A stretch of 64,000 bases of DNA from an uncultured Nitrospiraceae bacterium (GCA_963811165.1 CAWEQH010000009.1:32001-96000), one strand, 5' to 3'. Positions 20,297-31,134 are shown, counted from the first letter of the stretch. The notes: generated by a model not told the origin, from the sequence alone. Made by a program: numbers and translations.

Positions 20297-20764
20297 ATGA
20301 GAAAAACAATGCGTATGATTATCTTTCTCTTGGTCATTGGTCTTGCTACCGCCGGCATTGCAGCGGAAAAGAGTTTCAAGGCGGCGCTTTCCGGCAGTGA
20401 GGTCGTTCCCTCGGTGAAGACCATGGCAAAGGGTGAAGCGACCTTTACACCCGGAAAAGACGGCAAAGAGCTTATGTACAAGGTGACGGTCTCAGATATC
20501 GAAAATGTCACCGCCGTGCATATACATATGGGAAAGATGGGAAAGAACGGTCCGCCGGTGGCACTTATTGATATAAAGGGGAAAAAGGCCGGCAAATTCA
20601 GCGGCACCCTTTCGGAAGGCAAGGTTACCGCAAAGGAGCTGCTTGGCCCACTAAAGGGCAAGACAGTCAAGGACCTCACTAAGGAGATCGAAGCGGGAAA
20701 TACCTATCTCAATGTGCACACCGACAAGTATCCGGACGGAGAACTGCGAGGGCAGATTAAATAG
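20297..20764 (+). CDS. CHRD-domain secreted protein
   Basis: ALSGSEVVP, AVHIH.G..GKNGPPV, YLNVHTDKYPDGELRGQI. Confidence 0.92.
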   Translation: MRKTMRMIIFLLVIGLATAGIAAEKSFKAALSGSEVVPSVKTMAKGEATFTPGKDGKELMYKVTVSDIENVTAVHIHMGKMGKNGPPVALIDIKGKKAGKFSGTLSEGKVTAKELLGPLKGKTVKDLTKEIEAGNTYLNVHTDKYPDGELRGQIK

Positions 20765-20791
20765 TGGCCGGATGGGGAACGGGATGTTTCC

Positions 20792-20870
20792 TGTAGGGGC
20801 AACCCCCGTGGTTGCCTTTTTTAATGCGGCTCTGCCTACCGGAAGGGCGGCCGGGGAGGCCGCCCCTACA
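20792..20870. repeat. REPIN-like inverted doublet of GTAG REPs
   Basis: tgtaggggcaacccccgtggttgcc ... gggcggccggggaggccgcccctaca. Confidence 0.75.
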
Positions 20871-20920
20871 AGTAAGGATTACCCGTCCTCCCGATACCGC
20901 TTCTGGTATACTATCTGACG

Positions 20921-21424
20921 ATGATGAAAGAAGAGGGCCCGATCGAGAGAAAGAATTCTGTGTCCTCCGGCTCTCTCATTCCGGCACTTCTTAAAAATGT
21001 CGCTACCCTTGGTTTTATCGGGTACCTGCCCGTTGCGCCCGGCACATGGGGTACCGGGGCAGGGCTCATTTTCGTTGTGCTGCTGCCGATGTCTTCCTTT
21101 GCACTGCTGGGGATAGTGGTTACCGTAATCATGATAGGCACTATTGCAGCCGGCACCGCCGAAAGGTTGATCGGCGAGGCCGATAGCGGCCATATCATTA
21201 TCGACGAGTTTGCCGGGTTTCTCGTCTCGATCATTTTCATTCCCCCCACATACCGCTATCTGGCTTCAGCCTTCCTTTTGTTCCGTTTTTTCGATATACT
21301 AAAGCCATTCCCCATAAGGAGACTGGAAAGGACGATAAAAGGCGGCGCCGGCATTATGGCCGATGATATTTTGGCAGGTATTTTCACGAACGTGGTCCTA
21401 CAGATATGGAAAATGAATTTCTGA
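20921..21424 (+). CDS. pgpA: Phosphatidylglycerophosphatase A
   Basis: APGTWGT, IIIDEFAG, FRFFDILKPFPI, GIMADDILAG. Confidence 0.95.
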   Translation: MMKEEGPIERKNSVSSGSLIPALLKNVATLGFIGYLPVAPGTWGTGAGLIFVVLLPMSSFALLGIVVTVIMIGTIAAGTAERLIGEADSGHIIIDEFAGFLVSIIFIPPTYRYLASAFLLFRFFDILKPFPIRRLERTIKGGAGIMADDILAGIFTNVVLQIWKMNF

Positions 21425-21894
21425 CCGTCATCAAGGTGATTGCCGACAGGCTGACCGGAAAAGACCTGAAGCTGGGCGTTGCCGAGTCCTGCACCGGCGG
21501 GCTTATTGCACACGAGATCACGAACCTTCCCGGGGCGTCAAAATTTTTCGAGATGTCTGTCGTGAGCTACTCTGAAAAATCCAAAAAAACTGTGCTCGGG
21601 TTAAGTGGGTCTTTGTTGAGAAAACACGGCACAGTAAGCGAAGAAGCGGCAGTTGCCATGGCCGAAGGTGTCAGGAAACTCTCAGGCGCGGACGTTTCTC
21701 TTTCGATCACGGGTGTGGCTGGGCCCGAGCCTCTTGAGGACAAAGACATCGGCCTCGTATATATGGCGGTCTCTCTGAAGGACATGACGGAATCGAAGGG
21801 GTTGAGCCTGCACGGCGACAGGGAGACGATCAAGAGAGACGCTTCACTGGAGGCGCTCATGTTTTTGAACCAGGTCCTGCGTTTATGGCTTTAA
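21406..21894 (+). CDS. cinA: CinA C-terminal domain / NMN amidohydrolase
   Basis: AESCTGGLI, PGAS, VSEEAAVAMAEG, SITGVAGP. Confidence 0.92.
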   Translation: MENEFLTVIKVIADRLTGKDLKLGVAESCTGGLIAHEITNLPGASKFFEMSVVSYSEKSKKTVLGLSGSLLRKHGTVSEEAAVAMAEGVRKLSGADVSLSITGVAGPEPLEDKDIGLVYMAVSLKDMTESKGLSLHGDRETIKRDASLEALMFLNQVLRLWL

Positions 21895-22460
21895 GATGTT
21901 TTATCGCGGTGGCCCTGCCCGGACCGCTGAAGAGGGCTGTCGGGGAGGTCATATTAAAGCTCAAAGAATCCGGGGCCGACATCAAGTGGGTGCCTTATGA
22001 AAACCTCCACCTTACGCTCAAATTTCTAGGTGCTACCGGGGAGGAGCTCATAGATGAGATAAAGGGTGCGCTCAATAAAAAATTGTCCCATTACGCCCCT
22101 TTTTATATTAAAATAGGCGGCGTCGGGTATTTTCCCGGAGGAAGAACCCCGCGCGTAATATGGGTGGGAATCGAAGAACCGGGGTCCCTTGCGGACATCT
22201 GCGCGGATGTTGAGAATGTGATGGTGAAATTTGGTTATCCTCGGGAGGAGAGGCCATTTTCACCCCATCTGACGATCGGAAGGGTACGGTCTCCAAAGAG
22301 GGTCGCAGAGGTGACCAGGAGACTCGAGGGATTCCGCACCGTCGCTTTTGATGAATTCATGGTAAAGGAAGTGACTTTGATGAAGAGCGAACTTAAACCC
22401 GGCGGGGCGGAATATTCCGGCCTTGCCGAAATATCTTTGGAGGGGAAAAATGACGATTAA
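21885..22460 (+). CDS. thpR: RNA 2',3'-cyclic phosphodiesterase
   Basis: Two HxT motifs: [15 protein letters not shown]. Confidence 0.93.
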   Translation: MALRCFIAVALPGPLKRAVGEVILKLKESGADIKWVPYENLHLTLKFLGATGEELIDEIKGALNKKLSHYAPFYIKIGGVGYFPGGRTPRVIWVGIEEPGSLADICADVENVMVKFGYPREERPFSPHLTIGRVRSPKRVAEVTRRLEGFRTVAFDEFMVKEVTLMKSELKPGGAEYSGLAEISLEGKNDD

Positions 22461-23473
22461 GGAGACCAGTAAAGAGATGAATAAGGACAAGCTTAAGGCC
22501 CTCGAGATGGCGATTTCACAGATCGAGAAGAATTTCGGGAAGGGGTCGATCATGCGGCTCGGGGAAGATGGTGTGGTGGAAGGTGTGCAGTCTATCCCGA
22601 CCGGCTCGCTCACGCTCGATATCGCAACGGGGATAGGGGGTCTTCCCAGGGGCCGGGTTGTAGAGATCTACGGACCGGAGTCTTCAGGGAAAACAACGCT
22701 TGCGCTGAATGCGATAGCACAGGCGCAGAACGCCGGCGGGGCAGCCGCATTTATCGACGCCGAGCATGCGCTTGACGTGAATTATGCGAAGAGGATTGGG
22801 GTGAAGATCGAAGACCTCCTGGTCTCGCAGCCCGATACCGGTGAACAGGCGCTCGAAGTGGCCGAAGCGCTTGTCCGAAGCGGGGCACTCGATATTATCG
22901 TGATCGACTCGGTCGCCGCGCTTGTACCCAAGGCGGAGATCGAGGGAGACATGGGAGATTCCCTTCCGGGCCTGCAGGCCAGACTCATGAGCCAGGCGCT
23001 CAGGAAGTTGACTGCCTCGATCTCAAAGTCGAACACGACGGTGGTCTTCATCAATCAGATAAGGATGAAGATAGGGGTAATGTTCGGAAGTCCGGAGACG
23101 ACGACCGGCGGAAACGCGCTCAAATTTTACGCCTCGATGAGGCTCGATATCAGAAGGATCGAAAACATCAAGGACAACCAGGAGATCATAGGCGGCAGGG
23201 TCAGGGTCAAGGTCGTCAAAAACAAGATGGCCCCGCCCGTTTCGGCAGGCCGAATTCGACATACTTTTCAATCTCGGTGTTTCGAGGGAGGGTGAGATCG
23301 TCGACCTCGGCGTCGAGAAAGGGATCATCGAGAAGGCAGGCGCCTGGTACAGTTACGGCGGCAACAGGATCGGCCAGGGCAGGGAGAACGTGAAAGAGTA
23401 TCTGAGGAACAATGTCCCTGTTGCCAAAGAAATAGAGGAGAAGATCACCGAGGCAGCGAATCTCAAGAAATGA
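22450..23473 (+). CDS. recA: Recombinase A with one extra base near 23236-23238
   Basis: [31 protein letters not shown]; removing one C restores [11 protein letters not shown]...AGAWYSY...IGQGRENV to TGA at 23473. Confidence 0.95.
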
Positions 23474-23489
23474 CCTCAAGGAGACAGGT

Positions 23490-24632
23490 ATGGATATCAA
23501 CGAGCTTTTAAAATCGGCCCATTCGATGGGGGCTTCGGATGTACACCTGAAGGTGGGGTCCCAGCCTATCGTCAGGGTCAACGGTCAGCTTGGTCCCATA
23601 CCGGGAAACAGACTCAGCCAGGAAGAGACGCTGAAAATAGCTTTTTCCGTAATGAGCCCCGGGCAGAGGGAGACATTCAAGAAGAAAAACGACATCGACC
23701 TTGCCTACAGCGTGCCGGGACTCGGACGTTTCAGATGCAATATATTCATCCAGAGAGGGACGATAGGTCTCGTGTTCAGGGTAATCCCGATGAGAATCCC
23801 CACCATAGAGGAACTGCTGCTGCCGGAGATCATCAAAAAGATCTCCATGGAGCCGCGCGGACTCATCCTTGTTACGGGCACCACCGGAAGCGGCAAGTCC
23901 ACTACCCTGGCCGCGATGATAGACAATATAAACAGCACCAGGACCGACCATATCATGACGATCGAGGACCCGATCGAGTATCTTCACAGGGACAAGAGGT
24001 CCATCGTAAACCAGCGGGAGGTCGGCAACGATACCGAATCCTTCAGCAAGGCGCTGAGGGCCGCCCTCAGACAAGACCCTGACGTAATCCTCGTCGGGGA
24101 GATGAGAGATTTTGAGACGATCCAGACCGCCCTTACCGCTGCCGAGACGGGACATCTCGTCCTGAGCACGCTGCATACGATCGATTCGACCGAGACAGTC
24201 AACAGAATAATCTCTGTTTTTCCGCCCTACCAGCATAAGCAGGTAAGGATGCAGCTTGCCTCGGTCCTGAAAAGCATTATCTCGATGAGGCTGGTCCCGA
24301 AAGAAGACGGCAAGGGGAGGGTACCTGCGGTGGAGGTCCTTATCGCGACCGCGATGATAAAAGACTGTATACTCGATCCTGACAAGACCAAGATGATACC
24401 GGACGTGATCGCCCAGGGCACGGTCCATTACGGCATGCAGACCTTCGACCAGTCGCTCTTTAGCCTTTTCAAATCGGGGTTAATCTCCTATGAAGAGGCC
24501 CTCAGAAGGGCCACCAACCCTGATGATTTTGCGCTGAAGGTCAAAGGCATACAGTCCACGAGCGACCTGGCCTATGACGACTCGCCCCGACCTGACAAGG
24601 AAGAAATGAAGATTGACAGATTCGCGCAGTGA
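23490..24632 (+). CDS. Type IV pilus retraction ATPase, PilT/PilU family
   Basis: GTTGSGKSTT, TIEDPIE, LRQDPDVILVGEMRD, AETGHLVLSTLH; lacks the canonical AIRNLIRE. Confidence 0.93.
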   Translation: MDINELLKSAHSMGASDVHLKVGSQPIVRVNGQLGPIPGNRLSQEETLKIAFSVMSPGQRETFKKKNDIDLAYSVPGLGRFRCNIFIQRGTIGLVFRVIPMRIPTIEELLLPEIIKKISMEPRGLILVTGTTGSGKSTTLAAMIDNINSTRTDHIMTIEDPIEYLHRDKRSIVNQREVGNDTESFSKALRAALRQDPDVILVGEMRDFETIQTALTAAETGHLVLSTLHTIDSTETVNRIISVFPPYQHKQVRMQLASVLKSIISMRLVPKEDGKGRVPAVEVLIATAMIKDCILDPDKTKMIPDVIAQGTVHYGMQTFDQSLFSLFKSGLISYEEALRRATNPDDFALKVKGIQSTSDLAYDDSPRPDKEEMKIDRFAQ

Positions 24633-25089
24633 TGTCAGAAGACATGCCTTTCGATTGCTCGGCTACCGGGGAAGAAGTGAAAAAGAATTAAGGGAGCGGC
24701 TTGTCAGAAAAGGTTTTTCGGAATCTGCGGTTTCAAAGACGCTTCTGTACCTGAAAGAGGCCGGATTTATCAATGACGCGGCCCTCGCAGAGGACCTTAA
24801 GAGACAGGCCCTCGGGCAGAAAAAGCTCGGTTACAGTGCGACCCGGTCTTTTATGCAAAAGAGGGGTCTCCCAAGGGACCTTGTAGAATCGACTTTGGGA
24901 TATGATGAAGAGGTCGAACTCGGTAACGCCCGGAACCTCCTGGAAAAGAAACTCAAGTCCGCGGGAAATTATCTCACGGTGAAGGAAAAAAAGAGACTTT
25001 AGGATTATCTGTCGCGAAGGGGCTTTTCGTCTTCCGTTATAAGTAAGGTGTTCAGAGACTTCGAATCAGACGAGAGAGAGGAAGGATGA
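24613..25089 (+). CDS. recX: RecX with in-frame TAG at 25000-25002
   Basis: RGRSEKELRERL..KGF, GFIND; frame continues past TAG as DYLSRRGFSSSVI (RecX C-terminal repeat). Confidence 0.88.
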
Positions 25090-25159
25090 AAAAGGTGTGT
25101 AATCGGTTGTTCCTTAAGGAAGATATAGGGGTGAATGAAGCGGGTGCAAGGAGAAGGCC

Positions 25160-27796
25160 GTGAAGGGCTCGGAGATAAGAAGAACGTTTCTTGAGTTTTT
25201 CAGATCGAAGGGACATACGGTCGTCCCGAGCTCGTCGCTCATCCCCGGCGACGACCCGACGCTTCTTTTTACGAACGCGGGCATGGTGCAGTTCAAGTCC
25301 GTTTTTTTAGGACAGGAGCGGAGACAATATAGCCGGGCCACCACGAGTCAAAAGTGCATGAGGGCGGGGGGGAAGCACAACGACCTCGAAAACGTCGGGC
25401 ATACGGCGCGACACCATACCTTCTTTGAGATGCTCGGGAATTTTTCGTTCGGGGACTACTTTAAGCGTGATGCCATCATCTTCGCCTGGGAACTCCTGAC
25501 AGAAAATTTCAACCTGCCGAAGGAGCGACTTTGGGCGACGGTCTACGAGGATGACGACGAGGCGGCCGGGCTATGGACGGAGCTCACAGAGATACCCGCG
25601 GCACGAGTGGTAAGACTCGGGGCGAAGGACAATTTCTGGCAGATGGGCGATACCGGTCCGTGCGGGCCCTGCTCAGAGATCATCATCGATCAGGGCGCCG
25701 AGATCGGGTGCGGGAAGCCGGACTGTACCGTAGGATGTGAGTGCGACCGTTATCTGGAGATTTGGAACCTTGTGTTCATGCAGTTCGACAGAGACAAGGC
25801 CGGGAGCCTCAATCCGCTTCCGAAACCGAGCATAGATACGGGCATGGGGCTTGAACGACTGGCCGCTGTGTTACAGGGCAAACATAATAATTTCGACTCC
25901 GATCTTTTTGTCCCGATCATCAGGGACATTTGCCGTTTCTCGAACAAGACGTACGGCAAAGACCGCGCGACCGATACTGCGATAAGGGTGATTGCGGACC
26001 ATATCAGGGCCATAACCTTTTTGCTCTCGGAGGGGTTGACCCCGTCCAACGAAGGCAGGGGTTACGTGCTCAGGAGGATCATACGCCGCGCCGCGCGCTA
26101 TGCAAAGTCCCTCGATATCGGCGTTCCTGTCCTTCACACGTTATGCGGTTCCGTGGCAGAGGCGATGTCCGATGCCTATCCCGAACTCGCCGATGAGCAG
26201 GCGAGGGTAGAGCAGATGCTTCGGATGGAGGAGGAAAGGTTCGACAAGACACTCGAACAGGGTCTTTCTCTTTTAAACAGCATCATCAGAGACGTAAAGG
26301 AAAATGGGGCCGATACCATAGGAGGGGATGATCTCTTCAGGCTCTATGACACGTACGGATTTCCGCTCGATATCGCAAGGGACATTGCGGCGGAGCATGG
26401 ACTTAAGATCGATGAGTCCGGGTTCCACAGCGAGATGCAGAAGCAAAAGACCAAGGCGCGTGCGTCGTGGACCCAAGAGGAGGCCGCATCAGCGCCCGTT
26501 TACCGGGAGCTGCTTGCGAAGTACAGAAAGACCGAATTTAGCGGGTATGAGTCCATAGAGTCGGAAGCAACGGTGCTTGCGCTCATCTCAAACGGCGAAT
26601 CGGTCGGTGAGTTGGCGGCGGGACAACAGGGGGAAGTCCTTCTGGACGTAACGCCCTTCTACGCCGAATCGGGCGGTCAGGTCGGAGACACCGGCGAGCT
26701 TTCGTCCGACTCGGTAAAGGCTGTCGTGCTCGACACGAAAAAACCGGTTGAAGGAATATCGGTGCATAAGGTCGAGATCAAAAAAGGGGCGTTAAAGACA
26801 GGCTCGAAAATACGGTGCTCGGTCGACGTCCAAAAAAGGCTTGCCACCATGAGAAACCATACGGCGACACACCTTATTCATGCATCGCTTCGAAACCTCC
26901 TCGGCGAACACGTCAAACAGGCCGGCTCTTACGTATCGCCTGAGAGTCTCCGGTTCGATTTCAACCATTTCTATGCCCTCGACAAAAATACGATAGAGGC
27001 CCTGGAAGACGAAGTAAACGAGCAGATACTTAAGAACATCAAAGTAGAGACCACGGTGATGGATACGGCGAAGGCCATGGAATCGGGTGTTACCGCGCTT
27101 TTCGGGGAAAAGTACGGCGACAAGGTGCGGGTTGTGACCGTCCGGGGAATATCTGCCGAGCTCTGCGGAGGCACGCATGTCAGCGCCACTGGTGACATCG
27201 GTCTTCTTAAGATACTTGCCGAAGGGAGTGTCGCGTCGGGCATAAGAAGAATTGAAGCGGTGACAGGCAAGGAGGCAGTCCGTTATTTCAGGGGCAGGGA
27301 AAAAGAGCTTGGCCAGGTAACCGAGGTCCTCAAGACCTCTGAAAACCCGTCTGAGAGGGTCAGGAAACTCGTTACGGAAATGAAGGAACTCGAGAAGGAG
27401 CTTGAGAAGTTCAAAGGCAGGTCTGCTGCAGAGAGATCTTCGGAGATACTCGCAAAGGCGCGTGAGGCCGGCGGGGTGAAGGTGGTTGCCTGCAGGGTCG
27501 ACGGCATGGAGACGAAAGACTTGAGGGTCCTGGCCGACAACGTCAGGGAAGGTCTCGGCTCGGGCATCCTGATGCTGGCGTCGGTGAAGGACGACCAGGC
27601 GGCAATGGTCGCGATGGTAACGAAGGACCTGGTCGAAAGGTTCAGTGCGGGGGACCTCCTCAAGAAGGTGGCTGCTGCTGCAGGAGGCAGGGGAGGCGGC
27701 AAGCCCGACATCGCACAGGGCGGTACGAAGGAGATCAAAAAGCTGGACAAGGCCCTCGAATCATTATACGATATAGTTAAGAAAGAGGCGGGCTGA
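25160..27796 (+). CDS. alaS: Alanyl-tRNA synthetase
   Basis: DPTLLFTNAGMVQFK, RHHTFFEMLGNFSFGDYFK, HTATH, ELCGGTH, GGGK. Confidence 0.98.
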   Translation: MKGSEIRRTFLEFFRSKGHTVVPSSSLIPGDDPTLLFTNAGMVQFKSVFLGQERRQYSRATTSQKCMRAGGKHNDLENVGHTARHHTFFEMLGNFSFGDYFKRDAIIFAWELLTENFNLPKERLWATVYEDDDEAAGLWTELTEIPAARVVRLGAKDNFWQMGDTGPCGPCSEIIIDQGAEIGCGKPDCTVGCECDRYLEIWNLVFMQFDRDKAGSLNPLPKPSIDTGMGLERLAAVLQGKHNNFDSDLFVPIIRDICRFSNKTYGKDRATDTAIRVIADHIRAITFLLSEGLTPSNEGRGYVLRRIIRRAARYAKSLDIGVPVLHTLCGSVAEAMSDAYPELADEQARVEQMLRMEEERFDKTLEQGLSLLNSIIRDVKENGADTIGGDDLFRLYDTYGFPLDIARDIAAEHGLKIDESGFHSEMQKQKTKARASWTQEEAASAPVYRELLAKYRKTEFSGYESIESEATVLALISNGESVGELAAGQQGEVLLDVTPFYAESGGQVGDTGELSSDSVKAVVLDTKKPVEGISVHKVEIKKGALKTGSKIRCSVDVQKRLATMRNHTATHLIHASLRNLLGEHVKQAGSYVSPESLRFDFNHFYALDKNTIEALEDEVNEQILKNIKVETTVMDTAKAMESGVTALFGEKYGDKVRVVTVRGISAELCGGTHVSATGDIGLLKILAEGSVASGIRRIEAVTGKEAVRYFRGREKELGQVTEVLKTSENPSERVRKLVTEMKELEKELEKFKGRSAAERSSEILAKAREAGGVKVVACRVDGMETKDLRVLADNVREGLGSGILMLASVKDDQAAMVAMVTKDLVERFSAGDLLKKVAAAAGGRGGGKPDIAQGGTKEIKKLDKALESLYDIVKKEAG

Positions 27797-27842
27797 TGCC
27801 CGTCGAAGCGGTTTGAACTACTAATATTGAGGAGGGCTTATT

Positions 27843-28154
27843 ATGTCGTTAATCGATACCATCAGGAATGCGATGCTTGCCGGTTTCGGGATGCAGGAGA
27901 AGGTGAAGGAATTCGTTGATGACCTCGTGAAAAAAGGTGAGCTGAGCGAGTCCCAGGCCGCAAAGCTCGTGAAGGAGTGGTCTGATAAATTCGAAAAAAA
28001 CACTACCGACATCAGCAAGAGTCTTAACGAAGTGGTGACCAAGACACTAGAGAAGATGAACCTCTCGACGAAGGACGATATTCAGAAGCTTAACGAAAAA
28101 GTCGATACGCTGGCTGCAAGGCTGGCGAAGATCGAAGATAGAAAAGCGGAGTGA
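27843..28154 (+). CDS. Phasin-like / PHA-granule-associated coiled-coil protein
   Basis: MLAGFG...DDLVKKGELS...MNLSTKDDIQKL. Confidence 0.75.
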   Translation: MSLIDTIRNAMLAGFGMQEKVKEFVDDLVKKGELSESQAAKLVKEWSDKFEKNTTDISKSLNEVVTKTLEKMNLSTKDDIQKLNEKVDTLAARLAKIEDRKAE

Positions 28155-28169
28155 CGGGAAGGCTGCTAG

Positions 28170-29873
28170 ATGCCCTTTAACCTTCTGGGCCTCAGAAGGA
28201 CATTCAGAAACGCAAACAGGGTAGGGCAGATCGTCAATGTCTTTCTCAAATACGGCTTCGGAAAGATAGTCGACCAGCTTCACCTCAACAGGTTCGTCCC
28301 GTTCAGAAAGCGTCTCAGGACCTTCGGTCAGTGGCCTCCTCTGAAAAGCCCGACCGTGCCTGAAAAACTCAGGATGGCCTTTGCCGAGCTCGGCCCGAGT
28401 TTCATCAAGCTCGCCCAGATACTTTCGACGAGGCCCGACCTCATCAGCAAGCCCTTTGCGGACGAATTCAAGAAGCTTCAGGACAGGGTCCCCCCTTTTC
28501 CCGCTGAAGAGGCGAGGGCGATAGTAGAGGCAGAGACCGGCCGTCCCGTCGAGCAGGTATTTTCCAGACTCGACGCCGATCCGGTAGCTGCTGCCTCGAT
28601 AGCCCAGGTATATCACGGGACGTTGCGAGACGGCAGTGAGGTGGTCGTCAAGGTCCAGAGGCCGGGGATCAGGGACCAGATTGAGACTGACATCAGCATC
28701 CTGACGGCGGTGGCCCAGCTGATGGAGAGGTACATATCCGAGAGCGTCTTTTATAACCCCACCGGCATTGTCGAAGAATTTGCGAGGACCGTCAGGAAAG
28801 AGCTCGATTTTACCGAGGAGGCGAGGAACTGCGTCCGGTTCAGGAGGAACTTCGAGTCTGTCCATGAGGTGGTCATTCCGAAGATCTACAGTGAATTCAC
28901 GACGGACACGCTTCTCGTCATGGAGAGGATCGACGGCGTAAGGATAGACGACATTGCAGAGATTACCGCACTCGGGCTTGACCGGGTGAGACTGGCGAAG
29001 ATCGGCGTGGACGCCTATTTCAAGCAGGTGCTCGAGGACGGTTTTTTTCATGCGGACCCTCATGCGGGCAATATCTTCGCGCTGAGGGACGGCAGGATAG
29101 GGTTCATGGATTTCGGGATAGTCGGGAGGGTCACGCCCGAACTCAGGGAGACGATGGCTAATACCTTTCTCGCCCTGATCCACAAGGACTTCGACAGGCT
29201 TATCGAGCAGTACATCGAACTCGGTCTCGTGCCCGAACACGTTGACCTCGACGTATTCAGAAGGGAATTCAGGCTGGACCTCGCGGATTTTCTCGAGCCG
29301 CTCTACGGTCGGACGTTAAAAGAGTTGAATTTTGCGGAATACATGGACACCGTGACCCATCTTGCGATCAAGCATAGGATGAAGATACCGTCTGACCTGA
29401 TACTCGTCAATAAGGCGATGCTTATCCTTGAAAACCTCGGCCGGGAACTCGACCCGGATTTCGATTTCATAGCCGCCGCGGAGCCCTATGCGACAAAGCT
29501 CGTGAAGGAGAGGATAAGTCCGGGCAGGATCTATGAGAAGACAAGAAAAAACCTTATGGAAGTGAGCGACTTCGTGGTGCTCTTCCCTAAGCAGATGAAA
29601 CAGATCATAAGGAAGATCCTGAAGGACGACATCCATATCAAGATGACGCATATGGGGCTCGATAAATTCATACGGGACATGGACCGTTCGAGCAACAGGA
29701 TATCCTTCAGTCTTATCATAAGCGCCATCCTGCTCAGCTCGGCGATCATGCATGCCACGGGTGTCGGCCCTAAGTATCATGGCATGTCGATCCTCGGTTT
29801 CCTCTCCTTCGGCTTCGCCTTTCTTATGGGCATCTGGCTTCTCATATCGATAATAAGGTCGGGCAGGCTCTGA
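28170..29873 (+). CDS. ABC1/UbiB/AarF-family kinase
   Basis: LGPSFIKLAQILSTRPD, AAASIAQV, VKVQRP, FFHADPHAGN, DFGIVG. Confidence 0.93.
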   Translation: MPFNLLGLRRTFRNANRVGQIVNVFLKYGFGKIVDQLHLNRFVPFRKRLRTFGQWPPLKSPTVPEKLRMAFAELGPSFIKLAQILSTRPDLISKPFADEFKKLQDRVPPFPAEEARAIVEAETGRPVEQVFSRLDADPVAAASIAQVYHGTLRDGSEVVVKVQRPGIRDQIETDISILTAVAQLMERYISESVFYNPTGIVEEFARTVRKELDFTEEARNCVRFRRNFESVHEVVIPKIYSEFTTDTLLVMERIDGVRIDDIAEITALGLDRVRLAKIGVDAYFKQVLEDGFFHADPHAGNIFALRDGRIGFMDFGIVGRVTPELRETMANTFLALIHKDFDRLIEQYIELGLVPEHVDLDVFRREFRLDLADFLEPLYGRTLKELNFAEYMDTVTHLAIKHRMKIPSDLILVNKAMLILENLGRELDPDFDFIAAAEPYATKLVKERISPGRIYEKTRKNLMEVSDFVVLFPKQMKQIIRKILKDDIHIKMTHMGLDKFIRDMDRSSNRISFSLIISAILLSSAIMHATGVGPKYHGMSILGFLSFGFAFLMGIWLLISIIRSGRL

Positions 29874-29944
29874 ACAGTTGAAGTTATACTTGCATCTATT
29901 TATATTTCTGAAACAACAGCAAGGGGAAAGGGGGGATTAGGGAC

Positions 29945-30526
29945 ATGTCCGACACCAGGTATTGTTTATGCTGCGATGAGCAGGTGCCTTTTGGTTTGGT
30001 GGAGAGGAATGAACGGAGGGAGGTCACCTGCAATTACTGCGGATTTATACTCGATATCGAGAAATTTGCAGAGATGCGTCAGGTGGATTCAAAGGGGTAT
30101 ACGCTCGTCGCCGACGATTCGAGGTACACAAGAAAAATAATCGAGGACCTCGTCATCGATAAGAAATTCTCCTCGGACGTCATGTCTTTTGAAAACGGAC
30201 TCGAACTGATCACTGCATACTCCAAATTCCTTGCGGAAAGGAAGGCGGTCGACGTAGCGATTATCGATCTCAACATGCCGGTGATGAACGGTCTTACCGC
30301 TGCCAGGGCGATCCGGGCGATCGAGGCGCAGAAGAAGATTCCCTTTGTCCCGATAGTTTTTTTCTCGGCTGAAAAGGCTGACGATGACCTCAAGGAACAG
30401 ATGCAGAGCCTCGAGCCCGCCTATTATGTAAACAAGGGCTCTGACCCCGACCCCGATAAACTTGCCGGCCGTGTCGAGTATTTGTTGGGATATTTGCGGG
30501 ACAAGTTCGGTCGCCAGCCGGGATAA
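29945..30526 (+). CDS. Zinc-ribbon + receiver-domain protein
   Basis: CLCC...CNYCG, then LVADDS...IDLNMPVMNG...FFS. Confidence 0.82.
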   Translation: MSDTRYCLCCDEQVPFGLVERNERREVTCNYCGFILDIEKFAEMRQVDSKGYTLVADDSRYTRKIIEDLVIDKKFSSDVMSFENGLELITAYSKFLAERKAVDVAIIDLNMPVMNGLTAARAIRAIEAQKKIPFVPIVFFSAEKADDDLKEQMQSLEPAYYVNKGSDPDPDKLAGRVEYLLGYLRDKFGRQPG

Positions 30527-30594
30527 TCGATCGAGCTCAGGAGAGAACCAGCTTCTCTTAAGAGGCTTAAAAAAATCTCCCCCAAAGGAGATCT

Positions 30595-30990
30595 CTAAAC
30601 TCCCGCTCTTTGGGGAAGCCCATGATACTGAATGGTAACTTTATAGGTGATGTCTACATGCCTGGAGGTGATGCCGCTGCCCTCACAATGTAACTCTCCC
30701 TTTTCCGATGATACATGATTTCTGATCATCTGTGTGACAACCTGGTCAAGATGGAACCCTTCCGTGCAATCCTTACAATCTCTGTTGAGGCATTCAACAC
30801 GGAAATACGCGTGGCTTTCGGAGAAGAAATTGAGAGTCCGCAATAAGTGAACCGCACCCATTCCCTTTCCGTTGTGTTCCATGTCAACGACTATGCCTGA
30901 AACTTCGGGAAAACGCTGAGAAATAAGTCCGGCATCATCCCTCTCCTGTGTTCTTTCCAGCTTTGCATCACACTTTTCACGATAGGTCAT
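30595..30990 (-). CDS. Hypothetical Cys-containing protein
   Basis: 131-aa ORF with RBS aaggtg; CLNRDCKDC...C possible metal site. Confidence 0.65.
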   Translation of the reverse strand: MTYREKCDAKLERTQERDDAGLISQRFPEVSGIVVDMEHNGKGMGAVHLLRTLNFFSESHAYFRVECLNRDCKDCTEGFHLDQVVTQMIRNHVSSEKGELHCEGSGITSRHVDITYKVTIQYHGLPQRAGV

Positions 30991-31134
30991 TATTCACCTT
31001 TCAGATGACGGGGCTCGTTGAACTGATCTATTAATACCACGTCCCGGGTCCATAAGTCCAATCGGTCCCGGGATAACAGCCATTACCGGGGGAAAGGGCC
31101 TTTACGTATTGTAAGAACCCTCTTCTCACGGGGG

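Noticed and set aside
25000..25002. TAG in recX as pyrrolysine or stop recoding
   Set aside because: TAG is a normal stop elsewhere (hslV, hslU, xerC); no pyl genes in the window
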